The notes below the pieces were generated by a model. The model was not told the origin of the DNA and did no database searches. It saw only the letters and a list, made by a program, of their open reading frames with translations. Position numbers and translations under genes: made by a program. A stretch of DNA of 63,756 nt, the filler included, from Phoronis australis (Eukaryota; Animalia; Phoronida), in assembly GCA_002633005.1 (NCBI GenBank). It is 5 parts of 5 records of this genome, joined end to end, with 100 filler letters (N's around TTAATTAATTAA, not from the genome) between each part and the next. Parts side by side here need not be neighbours in the genome. Positions count along the whole stretch, not along the records: positions 1 to 30,551 come from NMRA01000602.1; 4 more parts are not named here. One strand, given 5' to 3'. Positions 1 through 12,299 of the stretch are shown piece after piece. Every line of letters begins with the position of its first letter. Positions within the stretch are counted from its first letter, which is position 1.

Positions 1-692
1 GGGACCATAAAGTAATCTACAACCGCTCTTCCTCTATGACTTATTGAGGTGAAGTTATCTTTACTTATCTCTTTCCTACCATTCACTATGCAAGTTTTAG
101 ACCCTAACAAAAAATCAATCAAACTTCTACCATGACTATTTACAGCTTTATCAATTACGACTCGTTTATTTACTTGACAATCAACATCTGGAATGTAATC
201 ATTCAAGTTACCCACTCTCGAGTTAAAATCTCCACATATAACAACGTCATCTGCTATTTCTGCATGTAAATATAACTGGCATAATAGATGACTATAGAAA
301 CTATCCGCATCACAACCCCTTGAAGAATTCTCAGGTGGTAAGTAGCAACAAAATACAATTATACAATAGTCTGAGCGTATATGAGTTAGTCTTAAAGCTA
401 ATATACCATCACACGACTTGTCAACAATATCGATTTTAAATGTTTTAAACAAATCATTTTTAACAAATATTCCCACCCCACCTGAACCTCTTGGGGCCCG
501 CTTGTTTATAAGCTGCCTATTATGTCCGTACCAACAATAACCAGGCAAAGTAATAGATTTATTTGCATACAAATGAGTTTCTACCACCCCTATGATGTGG
601 GCGTTGAATGAAGACAGCAATTGTTCACGGAGCAATGAATTGTTGCTAGTCCAACCACCGACATTGGCCTCGCAAATCCTCAAAACGCTGTC
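1..692 (-). CDS. LINE ORF2 N-terminus: APE-type endonuclease (runs off the window edge)
   Basis: Manual translation from 692 to the window edge is open for ~230 codons: DSVLRICEANVGG...IIGVVETHL...GSGGVGIFV...CCYLPP...ICGDFNSRVG...IVNGR...FTSISHRGRAVVDYFMVP. These are the canonical APE motifs (N, ET, GGV, YxPP, GDFN, DY). The frame is missing from the ORF track because it has no stop within the window. Confidence 0.9.
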
Positions 693-1400
693 CTATTCTG
701 CATCACGACTTGTTTTGTTTCCCGAGTCAGCCTCCTCACTTGTGGCCACTTTCACAATTCGACCATTTGAGCGGATCTTGAATTCTTTGTTGTTCGGCAA
801 AGTTTCAATGATTGTTTTGAAATTGATTTCAATTAACCTGTCCGTGTGAGATTTGCTTCCACGAAGAAAAACTCGTTGAAATATAGGCGTGCCCTTTAAC
901 TTTTGCTTGTTCCGCAACACTAGAATTTCTGCCAGTGACTCAACAGCAAATTTGACCAAGGGAGGTCTAGTATCCCCCTGTCGAGCATTCAGACTGGTGC
1001 AGTCCAGTAAGGTCACATCTGAAGACAGGCCCATGCTACATAACAATTCCTCAATCACTTCGCGTAAAGGTCGGGTTGCGTTGGCAATGCCTGATGCGAT
1101 AATACACAAGTCATTGTTTTTCAAAGGGTCGTTCTGAATGACTAAATCTGAAGCATGCGTGTAATGCTTCTCCAATGCGTTGACGCGGTTTTCAAGACGT
1201 GCAAAATCCATATCAATATCCGCCTTGAAGGATTTTAGCTTGATATCAATTGAATTTGTAATCTCATTGCGTATTTTATCCATTTTGGATTCAAACGTTT
1301 TTCTAAGCCCATCTTGTGCAGACTTTAGATCTCGGATTTCTTTCAATATGAGTTCAGATATCTCACCTTGATGATCATGTGGAGCTGGGGAGGTCGGCAT
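693..1400 (-). CDS. LINE ORF1 (coiled-coil plus RRM-like region)
   Basis: ORF with first ATG at 1400 (MPTSP...). It has a heptad region (FARLENRVNALE) and the ORF1-like motifs IIASGI, RPPLVKF, VLRNKQKLK and VFL, and it directly precedes the APE frame. Confidence 0.8.
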   Translation of the reverse strand: MPTSPAPHDHQGEISELILKEIRDLKSAQDGLRKTFESKMDKIRNEITNSIDIKLKSFKADIDMDFARLENRVNALEKHYTHASDLVIQNDPLKNNDLCIIASGIANATRPLREVIEELLCSMGLSSDVTLLDCTSLNARQGDTRPPLVKFAVESLAEILVLRNKQKLKGTPIFQRVFLRGSKSHTDRLIEINFKTIIETLPNNKEFKIRSNGRIVKVATSEEADSGNKTSRDAE

Positions 1401-1605
1401 ACTTGATATACAATGTAGCTTCACTAATTGTAGGTTGAGAATAAGACTTTTTGCTACCTTTATCACTCGTACGGTTCATAGTTGACCTTAACTCGCTACT
1501 GTCCTTGCTTGGTTTACGTTTACGTACAATTTGCCACTCAGAATCATCCATTGAACAGGAGCGAATTTAAAAGGCTGCCGCCATTTTTCGAGCATGCGCG
1601 ACATA

Positions 1606-2038
1606 TCGATTGAGAGCAAGTATTCTACCATTAGAGGTTGAGGTGGGGCGGTACTTCGGAATTCCTGTGAATGAACGGATTTGTCGTGTTTGTAAAAAAG
1701 GAATCGAAGATGAAGTTCTATTCATTTTTGATTGTGAAAAATATACTCGCATTCGACCATATTTTTACGGCGTTCTGCCCTACCTCAAATATTCCAAAAT
1801 AACTTGAAAGGTCTAGCGAAATTCATTCAAGACGCTTTGCAGGTTAGAAGTAATTGTTTGTTTATAAACTAGTCTGAAGTGGTCATATTTGAGCTTGTGC
1901 AATTGGTTATGTAATGATTTAATTATTATTAGGTGACTGAGTAAGCCCATTGAGGCTGGGGAGGGGGTGGTGGTGGTGAATAATCTGTCTTTGATATTGT
2001 ATTTACTGGTACCCTTATGTCACTATAATAAATAAATA
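1606..2038 (+). mobile_element. 3' end of a LINE (ORF2 C-terminal zinc-knuckle region, 3' UTR, (AATA)n tail)
   Basis: RLRASILPLEVEVGRY...RICRVC...IEDEVLFIFDC matches the typical ORF2 C-terminal CCHC-like motif, with the His replaced by Leu. Tail AATAAATAAATA at 2027-2038. Confidence 0.75.
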
Positions 2039-3216
2039 CACACATCAAGGTCCCTGGTACTTCTCTGCATTATCACAGGATACGCCTACCTCAGGCTATG
2101 TTGCGGAAGAATATCCTATACAGGGATTATTTGGGTAATTTTCAGAAGGTCACTTCCTTGGAACATTATATTCTTTGAGACATTCTGCTGTACGGACAAT
2201 TTTTCCCATATATGTTCTTGATATACTCCACAAACTATCAGAATGTGTATATTCTCGGTTCATGATAAGCACTTGTGGAAATTGGTCACAATTTTGTCAG
2301 GAAGAAGTTTTTGAAAAAAAATCTGTGTTGCAGTATATGACTATGTAACATCACAATTACTGTACTATATTAGTCTCGGGGAAAAAACATGCAGGCCGGG
2401 TTTAAACTGCAAAACTAGAAAATCAAAGGCTTGCGTGAACCTGTTAAAGTATATATTATTTTTTTTTAAAAATAGTGGGGATTAGCGAATATCCTGAGAT
2501 TCATCTTGAGGTTGATGCTAAGAGACTTGCATTGATGTCATTGCTTCATATGCAATGTTGAATATAATAGCTTGTTAAAGAGGGCGCTTGCTCTGTTCCC
2601 GCCTTCTAGCGGGCTGCCTATCTTAATATTGACGCTGGCGACCAGTGAGTGGGGTCCTATATTGAAAATGGGCCCCCCCTGGAAGGCGACTAAAGATTCA
2701 TACCTCCCTATATTAAAATAGGACGTCTTGTTGGAAGGCGGCTGGAGAGCAGGTATATTTGTATTGATATACTGTCCCACTATCCCTCGGCCTTTTGGAG
2801 AAGCTCGCCACTATATCAATATAGGCGCCCCATATTTGAGTCTTGTATATGTCAATTTAATAGGAATAAATCGTTTTAAATAATAAGGTGTTATTTACGG
2901 TATGTGTATTTATTGCAATTTGCCGCTGGAACGCTTTGTAAAATTGAAAAAAAATCTTATTTGTTGTTGTTTCGGCGAACAGGCACTTGAATATAGCAAC
3001 GGTAGTATAGATTTTATAGAACGCGATCATTTATAACACAGTTTATAGCACCGTGGATTTAAAAAATTAGTAGCGCCTCTTGCGCCCGTCGTGCATGTTT
3101 ATTCCACAAGTACCTTTTTAATCTCGTTGTCCAGTGAAGGAAAGACTTCCACCAGATACTGAAAAGCAGCAGTCACAATGTTTGGAATATATGACCTAAG
3201 ACCAGCAATAGATACC

Positions 3217-3279
3217 ATGTATTTGTTCTCAGTCTGCACTTTAATATTTTAAAGACTCGCGTATTTATTTCTTCAGCAG
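3217..3279 (+). CDS. Candidate signal-peptide first exon of the WSC gene (requires a 1-nt frameshift correction)
   Basis: ATG at 3217 gives MYLFSVCTLIF then TAA. One extra T in the T-run at 3247-3250 would give MYLFSVCTLIFLKTRVFISSA-G ending at a CAG|GTAAAT phase-1 donor compatible with the next exon. Confidence 0.3.
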
Positions 3280-3718
3280 GTAAATGGAAAAAGACGTCCC
3301 TGAAATGTTGCATGCCAAAATATACATTGCCTAACTGACTTCACAATCGCGTTTTCCGTTCACACGAATACACGAGATGTACCTAACGTTTGTTGCTCTC
3401 CACCTGTTAGCACATGTACAATGAAAGTGGAATTTTGGAAATGTTACATTTCACCATCCTGTCGACAACAGTGACAGAAAATAATCCACCTTGGTACGCG
3501 TACTTAATTCTATCATATTATAACACATTCGTCATTTTATGTTACTGTATTTTTTCGGATAGAATATACTTTAAAGGTTTGTAATAATTTTAAGTGTACC
3601 GATAAACGACAATTGTAAACCAAAGAGTAACCTGACAGCATGTTAGTTCAGAATCAAAATGTTGTTTCAGGGTTACACTTAAAAATGGTACTCAATTGTA
3701 TTTATGTTTTACTTCCAG

Positions 3719-4051
3719 GATTTTACTTTTCATGGGATAAACCAAGTTACGGATCGGACACCGGTTGTTATTCGTTTGATGATAGCAGAATTAGAAAAAA
3801 TCGTAATATGACTTTCAAGGGTCTCCATGAATTACACAACAAAAGGGAAACATGCCTGCAAACCTGTGAACTCCATTGGTTTAAATATGCTGGTGTTCAA
3901 AACGGTAACACGTGCTGGTGTGGCAATGAGCTTGACAACATGAAGAAGAGGCCGCTGCCCCAATGTCAAGTATTGAGATGCTCTGGAGACATCACTCAAT
4001 TCTGCGGCGCTTATACACGTATGGAGGTCATGGAAACAGATCACATTCTAG
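3719..4051 (+). CDS. WSC-domain protein, WSC exon A
   Basis: ttccag| acceptor, CTAG|GTATAC donor, phase 1-1. Encodes GCY...CLQTC...YAGVQNGNTCWCGN...C...CSGD...CG, the full 8-Cys WSC pattern. Confidence 0.85.
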
Positions 4052-6168
4052 GTATACCAGCACTGTTTAAGTTACAATGGCTAAACAGCAGGGCGGTCTG
4101 GAAATCGTTACCCATTGTAGTACTGTGTCAGAGATGCTATATTTCATTAAAACCGTGAATATTCAAATGTGTATCAACGCCACCCAGTGCCTTGCTAGAG
4201 AACCAGGAAAAGGAACAATATGTAAATAAATTGCAAATTTAGAGAAAACATGACAACAGCCACTCTTAAAAACAACTGCTAACATACAAAAAACATAACA
4301 AATGGACGCAATAGGTACTTGATAGTGAAATTAACAAATAATAAAATCTGTGCACTGTTTCACCAAGGTTACGTTGAAATATTGTGATACTCATTTACAT
4401 AACAATATTCTCGCAAATGGAGGTTGTAATGGTAACTGGTTGCAGCAAACCTGAAGACCTGGAGTTTTTTGAAAACTTGTACTTCATTTGAATATTCACA
4501 GTTTAATGAGGCATAGCTTATTTAAGTCTATTGCAAGCAAGGCCAATGCAGTACAGTACAGAGTATCCATTACTTCATATACACGCATTTGCAAAAACTA
4601 TAGGTCGGACCAAATTTATTTTTAAGCGAAGGCCAAGTTGTTGCGCCAATTAATATAGTGTCAACATTCAAGACTGATATAAAAACAACTAAAAAATTCA
4701 TAATCGAAATCAAATGTGTTGTTAAACCGTGCCGTTAACACGAGATCGTAACACAGGCACGTTGAATTGGCAATGAATTTCATGGAGTAGAGTGAAGTTT
4801 ACTCTTTTTTCCACACATAAAGGCATCAAACTAGTTCTCAAAGAACGGAATGTCAGTAAATCTATGGGGTGACTTACTGTCCAATCCATGATAGAATGAA
4901 ATTTGCATAGCTTACGACGTTAGGGACTAGAGAAGTTGCTCATAATCGACATATTTGTGTTTGCAGATCTACTGTACATGTAGATTGCGGACCCGTACTG
5001 GAACCATTGTTGAGGTTTTGTGTCCTCGTGTCACATGGTAACCAGGGGTGAGCCTTGGCGACTCTGCTACCCCACCTGGTGGATATTATTTGGGAGCAGG
5101 CGGTGGTAAATTGCTGGCAATTCATATCCACTGTCTCTCGTCATTGTTAGTTAATTGGTCATGTTTTGACTGCTTCTCTGATTCAACGATTCTAACATTT
5201 ACCTTCCTTACATAGCATTTTGACTATAGGCTTGGAAATCTAATGCAATGTGTCCAAACCATGTTCTCCCTCGGCTTTAGGGCTTGCCACACGGTATGTT
5301 AAAACATTGTTTTAGTCAAGTTCATTAATTCCAACGCATTTGGCTGCACCACTAGGACACTCTACAATATATTGCTCCGCCTTTCTTGTGGTCGTCTGGT
5401 GGACCTAAATATTCCGTAGGGTGTAAAATGGTTTGAAGTAATGGTCGTCAAATCGAGCAAAGTGAGTATTTTGACTCGAAATTATCCATATCTTCGCTCT
5501 TGGGCCACGTTTTAGAGGCAGTAAATTTGGGAATGTAAAAGATTAGAGGAAATTTTAAGTTCCAAGAGGAAGTTGGAAACTATAAAGGTGCTGTAGTTGC
5601 ACTAAAATGGACACAAAATAGTACTTACTCATTTTTTCAAACTCAGATCCAAATTGTGTAAACGTATAAAACCGTTAAATTAAGTACATCTAAGTAGTAA
5701 GTACCGTAAGTAAATGTATATTTCGGGCTGGTATGATTCACAAACAGATAAAGCAGTAACATGTGTGGTAGTGCCCGACAAAAAATAAGCCAAAACGTAT
5801 ATAGAAATAAATACATGGGAAAAACATTGGACAACGTTAGTGGTAAAAGGGGGGACCAAGAATTTTTAAATGGGGAAAGAGGGATCAAACATTTTTAAAA
5901 GGAGCCTCTGGTTCAACAATTTGAAAATTATGGATTTGAAATCACTAAAATCAATGGTAAAAGGGGGCCCGGACACCCTGGATCCGCCAATACGTAGACC
6001 AGTACGTACCTAAGGGAATCCTTCGGATTCTTCAGAATATGACGGTTCAACCAGAGCGTCAGAGGCGCAAACGTAACGTATATGATTAAAAGGCATCTAA
6101 TGATTATTCCGACCGATTTCCATCTCAACGTGGTCACCGATTTAAGTTTGCCGGGAAAGGATCCTGCC

Positions 6169-6320
6169 CCAGTGGCGAATTTAGGGGGGGGGGCTAAGGG
6201 GGCCATGGCTCATATAAAATTCTCTACTTGGCAGTTCGGTGGTCCGAATGTCTGACGGGCAAACTCCTGGCTAATACTCTGCCCTAGCTTCTCTAATTCG
6301 AAATCCTGGATCCATCCCTG
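6169..6320 (+). mobile_element. Short non-autonomous DNA element (CAGTGGCG-AATTTAGGGGG...CTGGATCC family); other copies at ~35884-35998 (-), ~57250-57392 (+), partial 41781-41836
   Basis: The copies share an internal core resembling TTGGCAGTT..GGTGCGAATGTCTGAC.GGCAAA.TCCTGGCTAATACT and have short G/C-rich termini. Confidence 0.7.
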
Positions 6321-8074
6321 TGCCCCCCTTTGGCTACAAAAAAGTTAAATGACACGGAAATGAATGAGTGCATTTTCTATGTTGCGTGTAATCGAGAGCA
6401 ACTACTTCAATGTGTGTACTTGTGTTGGACACATGTAATACAAAATTTAAAAATTATCTCCTCATGATATCCTAGAGCTGCCAGTGGGTCCCTCACTGTT
6501 TTTCTGGAATAAAATTCAATGATTAAAATTTCTTTCTGGCTTTCTGGTGCAATATCCCTCCAAGCCTGCTGCTTACGTTAACTTGATTTGGCACCAATTT
6601 TGTTGTTCTCGACTGTGACACTGGCTTTTTCTCTGATGAGTTATGGAAGTAAATATTTTTCCACTTGAGAAAAGCCTTTACCCCTTTTTCGCAAATATCT
6701 GCACTGGTATACTGATGCGTGCCATTGAGTACTTACGTGATCAAGGTTTCATTGAAGCACTTCAATAGTTTCTTTGTTGGATTAATCCGAATCAACACAG
6801 TAGGGTGGCTAGGATACTTTCAACCTGATTTTAGTAAACCTGCTTGATGGTCTAATAAAATCAGGGTTTCAGACTTTTAAACCATGTTGGTGAAATGCAA
6901 GTTAGGTCTAAAATTATGAAATCGACTGCATATGTTCATGTACTTAGTGAGGATACGCATAACGTGGGGTCATAATACTCACGGTGCTCGATTCGTTTAC
7001 CAAAATGAACTTAAAATTTCATCGAAAATCTTAAGTTTTTGGTTTGAAAAACTTAAATTTTGATTCACGAAGACTGGAAAAAACTTATTTTTTCAAGAAC
7101 TGAAGTTTTTCATTCAGTTCTAAAAAGTAAAGATCCAAAAACTCAAATTTTGAAAACTTAAGCCCTGAAAACTTATTTTTTTTAAAATTCATGTATTTTG
7201 GAAGAAGTTTTTTGGAACACACTTAGGTTTTGAAAACTTTTCAAGGAACTAAATATGGAAACTGAATTTTTCCACGAGCACTACGTTTCATTAAGACAGG
7301 CATTTAGAAAATCTGATTGTCACTGAAAAAGAGTGGCGTGCAGTTACAAATTAAAGGATTTTCATCCATCATTAAAAAATAGAGTTCTACAGACATTTGA
7401 CTAACAGTGATTTATTGCAGGAAATTAATTGAACTTTCTCAAAATACACCAGTTCCTTAGAATAAGTGAGCATGTGTGAAAGTACCTCAAAAATCAAAAA
7501 CATTTCAAAAATCGGTTCATCAAATGCGTGGAAAGCTAATAGCAGTAGTCACAGATGTGATTTTGGGAAGTACAAATCTTATGCTAGAAATGGTGCCTAG
7601 AGTTACCTATCATGGTTTTCAACCGTTTTTTTTTTTAATATTAAATTAAAAGTCAAAGTTTCATTTTTGTTGACAATTATCGTAGCAGTAAATCCAATAC
7701 ACTCCATGGTGCGAACAAGTTGCAGTAAAGGTAACTCTAAGTACATCCTGGTTACACGAATATGAAATTATAATACTTAGATGTTTGATTACAAATAATT
7801 CTTTTTCCTTTAAATTAAAGATATTTAACTTCATACACACATCTATGCTTCACCACAAACCACTTAAAACATGTTATCATTTCAACTGGAGTTTACTTTT
7901 TCAAACAGTTTTCTATATTGTGAGGTTTTCATTATTTGTGATTCAACGTAAGTCAAAATACATTTCCATAACTATAGTTGAAACTAGACAAGCAAACTAA
8001 TACTAACTGATTGAAAACATTTTGCTACGAACTAACGTCTGTCAGTTGGAGTACCTCAATGTGTTTGACAAACG

Positions 8075-8500
8075 TCAAATTTTTCCAGTGTAGAATCATG
8101 ACATCGATTAATGTTTTCAGTGGGGAACGTTAGTTGTAATTCTCCTGTGTATACAGCAACACCATCAACTAACCTTTTCCATAAGGAACGTTAAGTCAAA
8201 ATTCACCCCTTTACATTCATGCCGTTAACTACAGTTTTCCATGGGGAACATTTGTCAAAATTCAACACTGTCTATTAATGCCATAGACTAACATTTTCCA
8301 TGGAGAAAGTTTTTGAATTCTCATGTATAGATTAAATCCATCGACTAATGTTTTCGGTGAAGAATGTTAGTCAGCCAGAATCCTCTTGTGTGGATCAGTC
8401 CAACCATCCATAAATTGTTATGTGGGGATCGTAAGTCAAAATTCTCCAATGCAGTTTCATGCCACCGACTAACAGTTTCCATGGGGTTCTTCAGTGCAAG
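8075..8500. repeat. Degenerate ~60-bp minisatellite, about 7 units
   Basis: Recurring AAATTC...CCATCGACTAAC..TTTTCCATGGGGAAC.TTAGTC-like blocks at roughly 60-nt spacing. Confidence 0.7.
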
Positions 8501-9107
8501 ATTGCTTCATGTAATCCACTAACTGTACATTATATCGCTGACCACTTTCGAGGTAGAATTTAACCACTACTGTCATAAAACAGTGCGACCTACAACAGGA
8601 ATCCTACCCACCCCATTGATAACTATTGTATCTCCGTCACCGATGGGTCTCCTCCCCCAAAGCAGACGGGGATTGCCGCGAGATATTCCACTTATACCCA
8701 GGGAAGTGGTTGTTTGGAACCAGGGTCATGAACGGAGGCGCCGCCGAGTATTGGCGAGGGATTGGTTTGGGTTTGATTGATATTAGAATCGAAAGAAATC
8801 GGCCGTTAGGAAAGCTATCTGTGGCTAAATGTAATAAATACGGGGAAGTAACTTGTGTCCAGGACAATTAACTAAAAACGCGAAGGATTCTACTAGGCAT
8901 AAAATTGTCTAATTAGGAAAACTTACGAGTGAATGTATTGTTGCTTGAGGCTGGGCCAACAGGAAGCTTGAGAGAAAGAACAGATAGTGCTACCATCGGA
9001 CTTGATAGGAACTAACTAGGAGTTCGACATGAAGCATGAATGGCTGTATAATGTTATTTGCCCAAATAATAGAATTGGTGTCGGAGTGCCATCAATCTCA
9101 TTAATTT

Positions 9108-9808
9108 ATTATTCGTACTTTACTCCGTAAGTGACATTTTAGGAGGCAACAATTTCGCGCTAATTTCTTTTCACACACTGTGACTGTGAGAACTGTCGAG
9201 TCAGTTATTGTTATACCTCGGCTGCGACAAGTTCAGTCGTCGTTTGCTTTTTTACGAATTAATCAACATGCCACACTGTTGCTGCCTACTGGGATGTACT
9301 CAGTATCACCCAGAGCCTGTTAGCAGCCCTGCTGCGAAGTTGAGTGTAGGGATTGAATGCAGGTCCCGTTCGACACACAGTGACGAGGACAGTTCGTCGT
9401 CCTATTAATAATTCGGCGAGGCAAATTTTGATGAGTTTATTGAGGAATTATTTAAATTGTTGGAGCTATTTAGAAGGTCCCGAGTGTGTGGCGAGGTTGC
9501 CACACGGCGAGATGTAAGTAGTTTGTGTGCTCAGGTCAACATCCCTTGAGAGTGTGTCACGGGACACTCGGACAAGTGAAACAATTCTTCCTCTATCCGT
9601 GAGACGATGGTGAGTACGTCTCGGTACGCAGCAACAGTGCGGCATTTTGACTGACTCGTAAACAAAAGCAAACGACGACCAAACTAATCACAACAGAGGT
9701 AGAGCAATGACTGACTCGGCAGCTGTCACAGTAAGACTATGTGAAAAGAAATTGGCGCGAAATACTTGCCACCCAAAACGTCACGGCCGGAGTTAGAGAC
9801 GAGTAATT
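9108..9808. mobile_element. Fold-back MITE with long (~200 bp or more) diverged terminal inverted repeats
   Basis: Left TTTCGCGCTAATTTCTTTTCACA...GAGTCAGT...GTCGTCGTTTGCTTTT...CACTGTTGCTGC is mirrored by right GCAGCAACAGTG...AAAAGCAAACGACGAC...ACTGACTC...TGTGAAAAGAAATTGGCGCGAAA. Confidence 0.75.
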
Positions 9809-11825
9809 GTTTAAATTACAAAAAGCTTTAATTAAATGAAAATTATGTCTGGGATAATCAACAAACCTTATTTTTGCTAAAAATGACGTGAAGAAAGGTT
9901 GTCTTGAACTGTTGCGCTATTCAGCAGCTGACGTCAACGAAGGGGAGAAAAAAATACTTAGAACACGCGCAATTATCACATGTCCAACAAAGGGCATTCT
10001 ACCGACATTGATACATTGTGAGAAATGAGACAGTTTTAATAAACACGACACATTTAATTCAGTAGCACTAATGTGTCATTTCATCTCACTTGTAAATCAC
10101 CGATCTCCAGTTTCAATGCAGGTATCGTGTCGCCATGTTCCTTTGACTTAAAAATTATATTCTGTAACCAATGGTAACCTACTCTAACAAACGATATATT
10201 CACGGCGGAAAGTTAGAATTACGGAAATAATGCTGCCTCCTTTCTACCGACGATCGAAGTTAGCTGGTTGGCATTAGTGTGTAAACATTTAGGGTAGCAG
10301 GTAGTAACATGTTCCGATAATATGGATGCGCCCACCCAGACTGAAAATGGTATCTCGAACTTTTGAGAATGCGGACCTTTATATAAGATTTACAAAATAC
10401 ATTCAGAGCTATGAATTGCGCATTACCCGAATCTAGGTAGCTCCTGGCTTTTTAGTAGTTTTTTAAAACTTTTTTTCTTAGTTTGTGTTTGTGTGCGCTA
10501 AATGGGGAAGCCTCCCGAACCGCCCACCCGAAGTGCACTCTTAATAGCAATTTTACTGCATTGGAAACTTTCTGTAATGACATGTAAATGCATTCAAATC
10601 CACCAATGATGTTTTTTTCTTTAAATATACCGCGTTACAAATGTCGTTCTCGGGCAATCGTATTGTCTCGTCTGGTGTTTAGTGAATAGCAGATTCAAGC
10701 TCTTGCAGATCGTGAGTCGACGGGGCCGTGTGTCGTGTGCCGTAGACGGTGTGGGTGTGGGAGTCGGGGGGACTTAGAACACTCTGTTTTAAAATATAGT
10801 TTGCGAATGTGGGCTGGGAATTTGATTTCTAGGGATGTTTTGATTACACACCAAAGCTCATAAGCTGATCACGACCGACTTGTATTTTTTAATGGATTTA
10901 ACCTCTGTTTCGTATGAAATACGAACTTTGTTTGTATTGTGTCTCGATATCGAGCTTTCAATGGTGGGCCTTCATACAATTTAATATTTTTGCTCCAATT
11001 TAGGCCTGTTTCGTGTTGAAATGTTCAGGAGTCCAAGTCCTCTGCTATGCGAAAGGAAAGGTTCATGTGTCTAACTCGAACAAGATCCATTTAAAGATGT
11101 TCAAACAAACTGGCAAATACGCTTTCATCAAGGCAACGAAAGTACTGATTGGAACATTCACGTGCCTTAATGACCGTCATACCTCCTTTTAGGTGTTATT
11201 ATGAAACACTTCTTGAAACAGGGTTGTTTTCTCTCAATAATTTTAAATTGGACTAGTTGAAAGGATACTGAAACTGATTTGATTATGTTATTGAATCTTC
11301 GTTCTGTCACCCGCTAATGGATCATTGAGGCCAATCTTGAAGTAAAGACTGGAATCAACTAAAAACTCATAATTCCTGTCTTATATATTGCATTTTATAT
11401 TTTGTGGTAGGTGACCTTTTCCCAAAAGTTGTCGTGTACTTTGCTAAAACGTAGGTCACGCTTGCGTGTTTAATTGATTTGGTAGGGGTTTTCAAAATTT
11501 CCTCCAAACGCATGAGCGTTGCCGAACCTTGCAAAGAAGTATTTGGTTTCAGAGAAATGGTGGAGAAATCGTTTTTAAGATTTGTTTTTACTTGTAGTTA
11601 CTTCTTGAAATACCCATACATGAACAGCTTCGATGTCTATGGGCTATAATAGGATCATCGTTTCTGCTAATTTCTATACATGTTGAATCCATTTTTGTGA
11701 TGTCCCGGTTACAAATGAGTGCCTTTACACATATCTGGCAGGTTACGGTACCTTTAAGTACAGAGATCATTTTTGTCGTCTTTTGATTTGTTCAAGAATA
11801 TGTACGATTCATTTGATATTTACAG

Positions 11826-12113
11826 ATAATGAGGAAAGCATGAATAGGTGCTGGGGAGGACTAGAACACATCAATGTATTCAATATGACTTACAAAGGGA
11901 AAAAGAATACTAAACTGCGCTGTAAAGGCTTATGCGGATCATTCAGGACAAAGTTTGCTGCGGTGTACGATGGTAATTCCTGTTTATGTAGAGATGCCTT
12001 GTTTGGTACCAAAGTTACTCCTTCAACGAAATGCAACGCTCGATGCAGTGGCAACGACCACGACACATGTGGAGGAAAAGAGGCTTTATTTTTAATGAGT
12101 TCTTTCATACCAG
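11826..12113 (+). CDS. WSC-domain protein, WSC exon B
   Basis: ttacag| acceptor, CCAG|GTAAAG donor, phase 1-1. Encodes RCW...CKGLC...FAAVYDGNSCLC...CNARCSGNDHDTCGG. Confidence 0.85.
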
Positions 12114-12299
12114 GTAAAGTAACTAAATTGACAGTTTTGGCGCTGCAAGACGATTCTATGAATTCAAAATAATAGGCTCGGTAGAGTTCACAGAACTACA
12201 CAATACAATAACATTTTGTTTAGTCCAGAATCACTCGATGTCGATTTTACAGTGCTGATAAATACATAGGTAGTTTATCATTGACAAAACAAGTTTAAG

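Larger units (their letters stand above)
1..1600 (-). mobile_element. 5' portion of a two-ORF non-LTR retrotransposon (CR1/L2-supergroup-like)
   Basis: 5' UTR with a YY1-like AAAATGGCGGC near 1577-1587, followed by ORF1 and the ORF2 endonuclease. Confidence 0.85.

Noticed and set aside
8075-8500. CRISPR-like arrays here and at 31545-31875
   Set aside because: Whole units are diverged tandem copies with no unique spacers, there are no cas genes, and the context is eukaryotic.
11735-11758. Kolobok-like terminus TTAAAGGTACCGTAACC (- strand)
   Set aside because: No matching opposite end could be found, so no element boundaries are supported.
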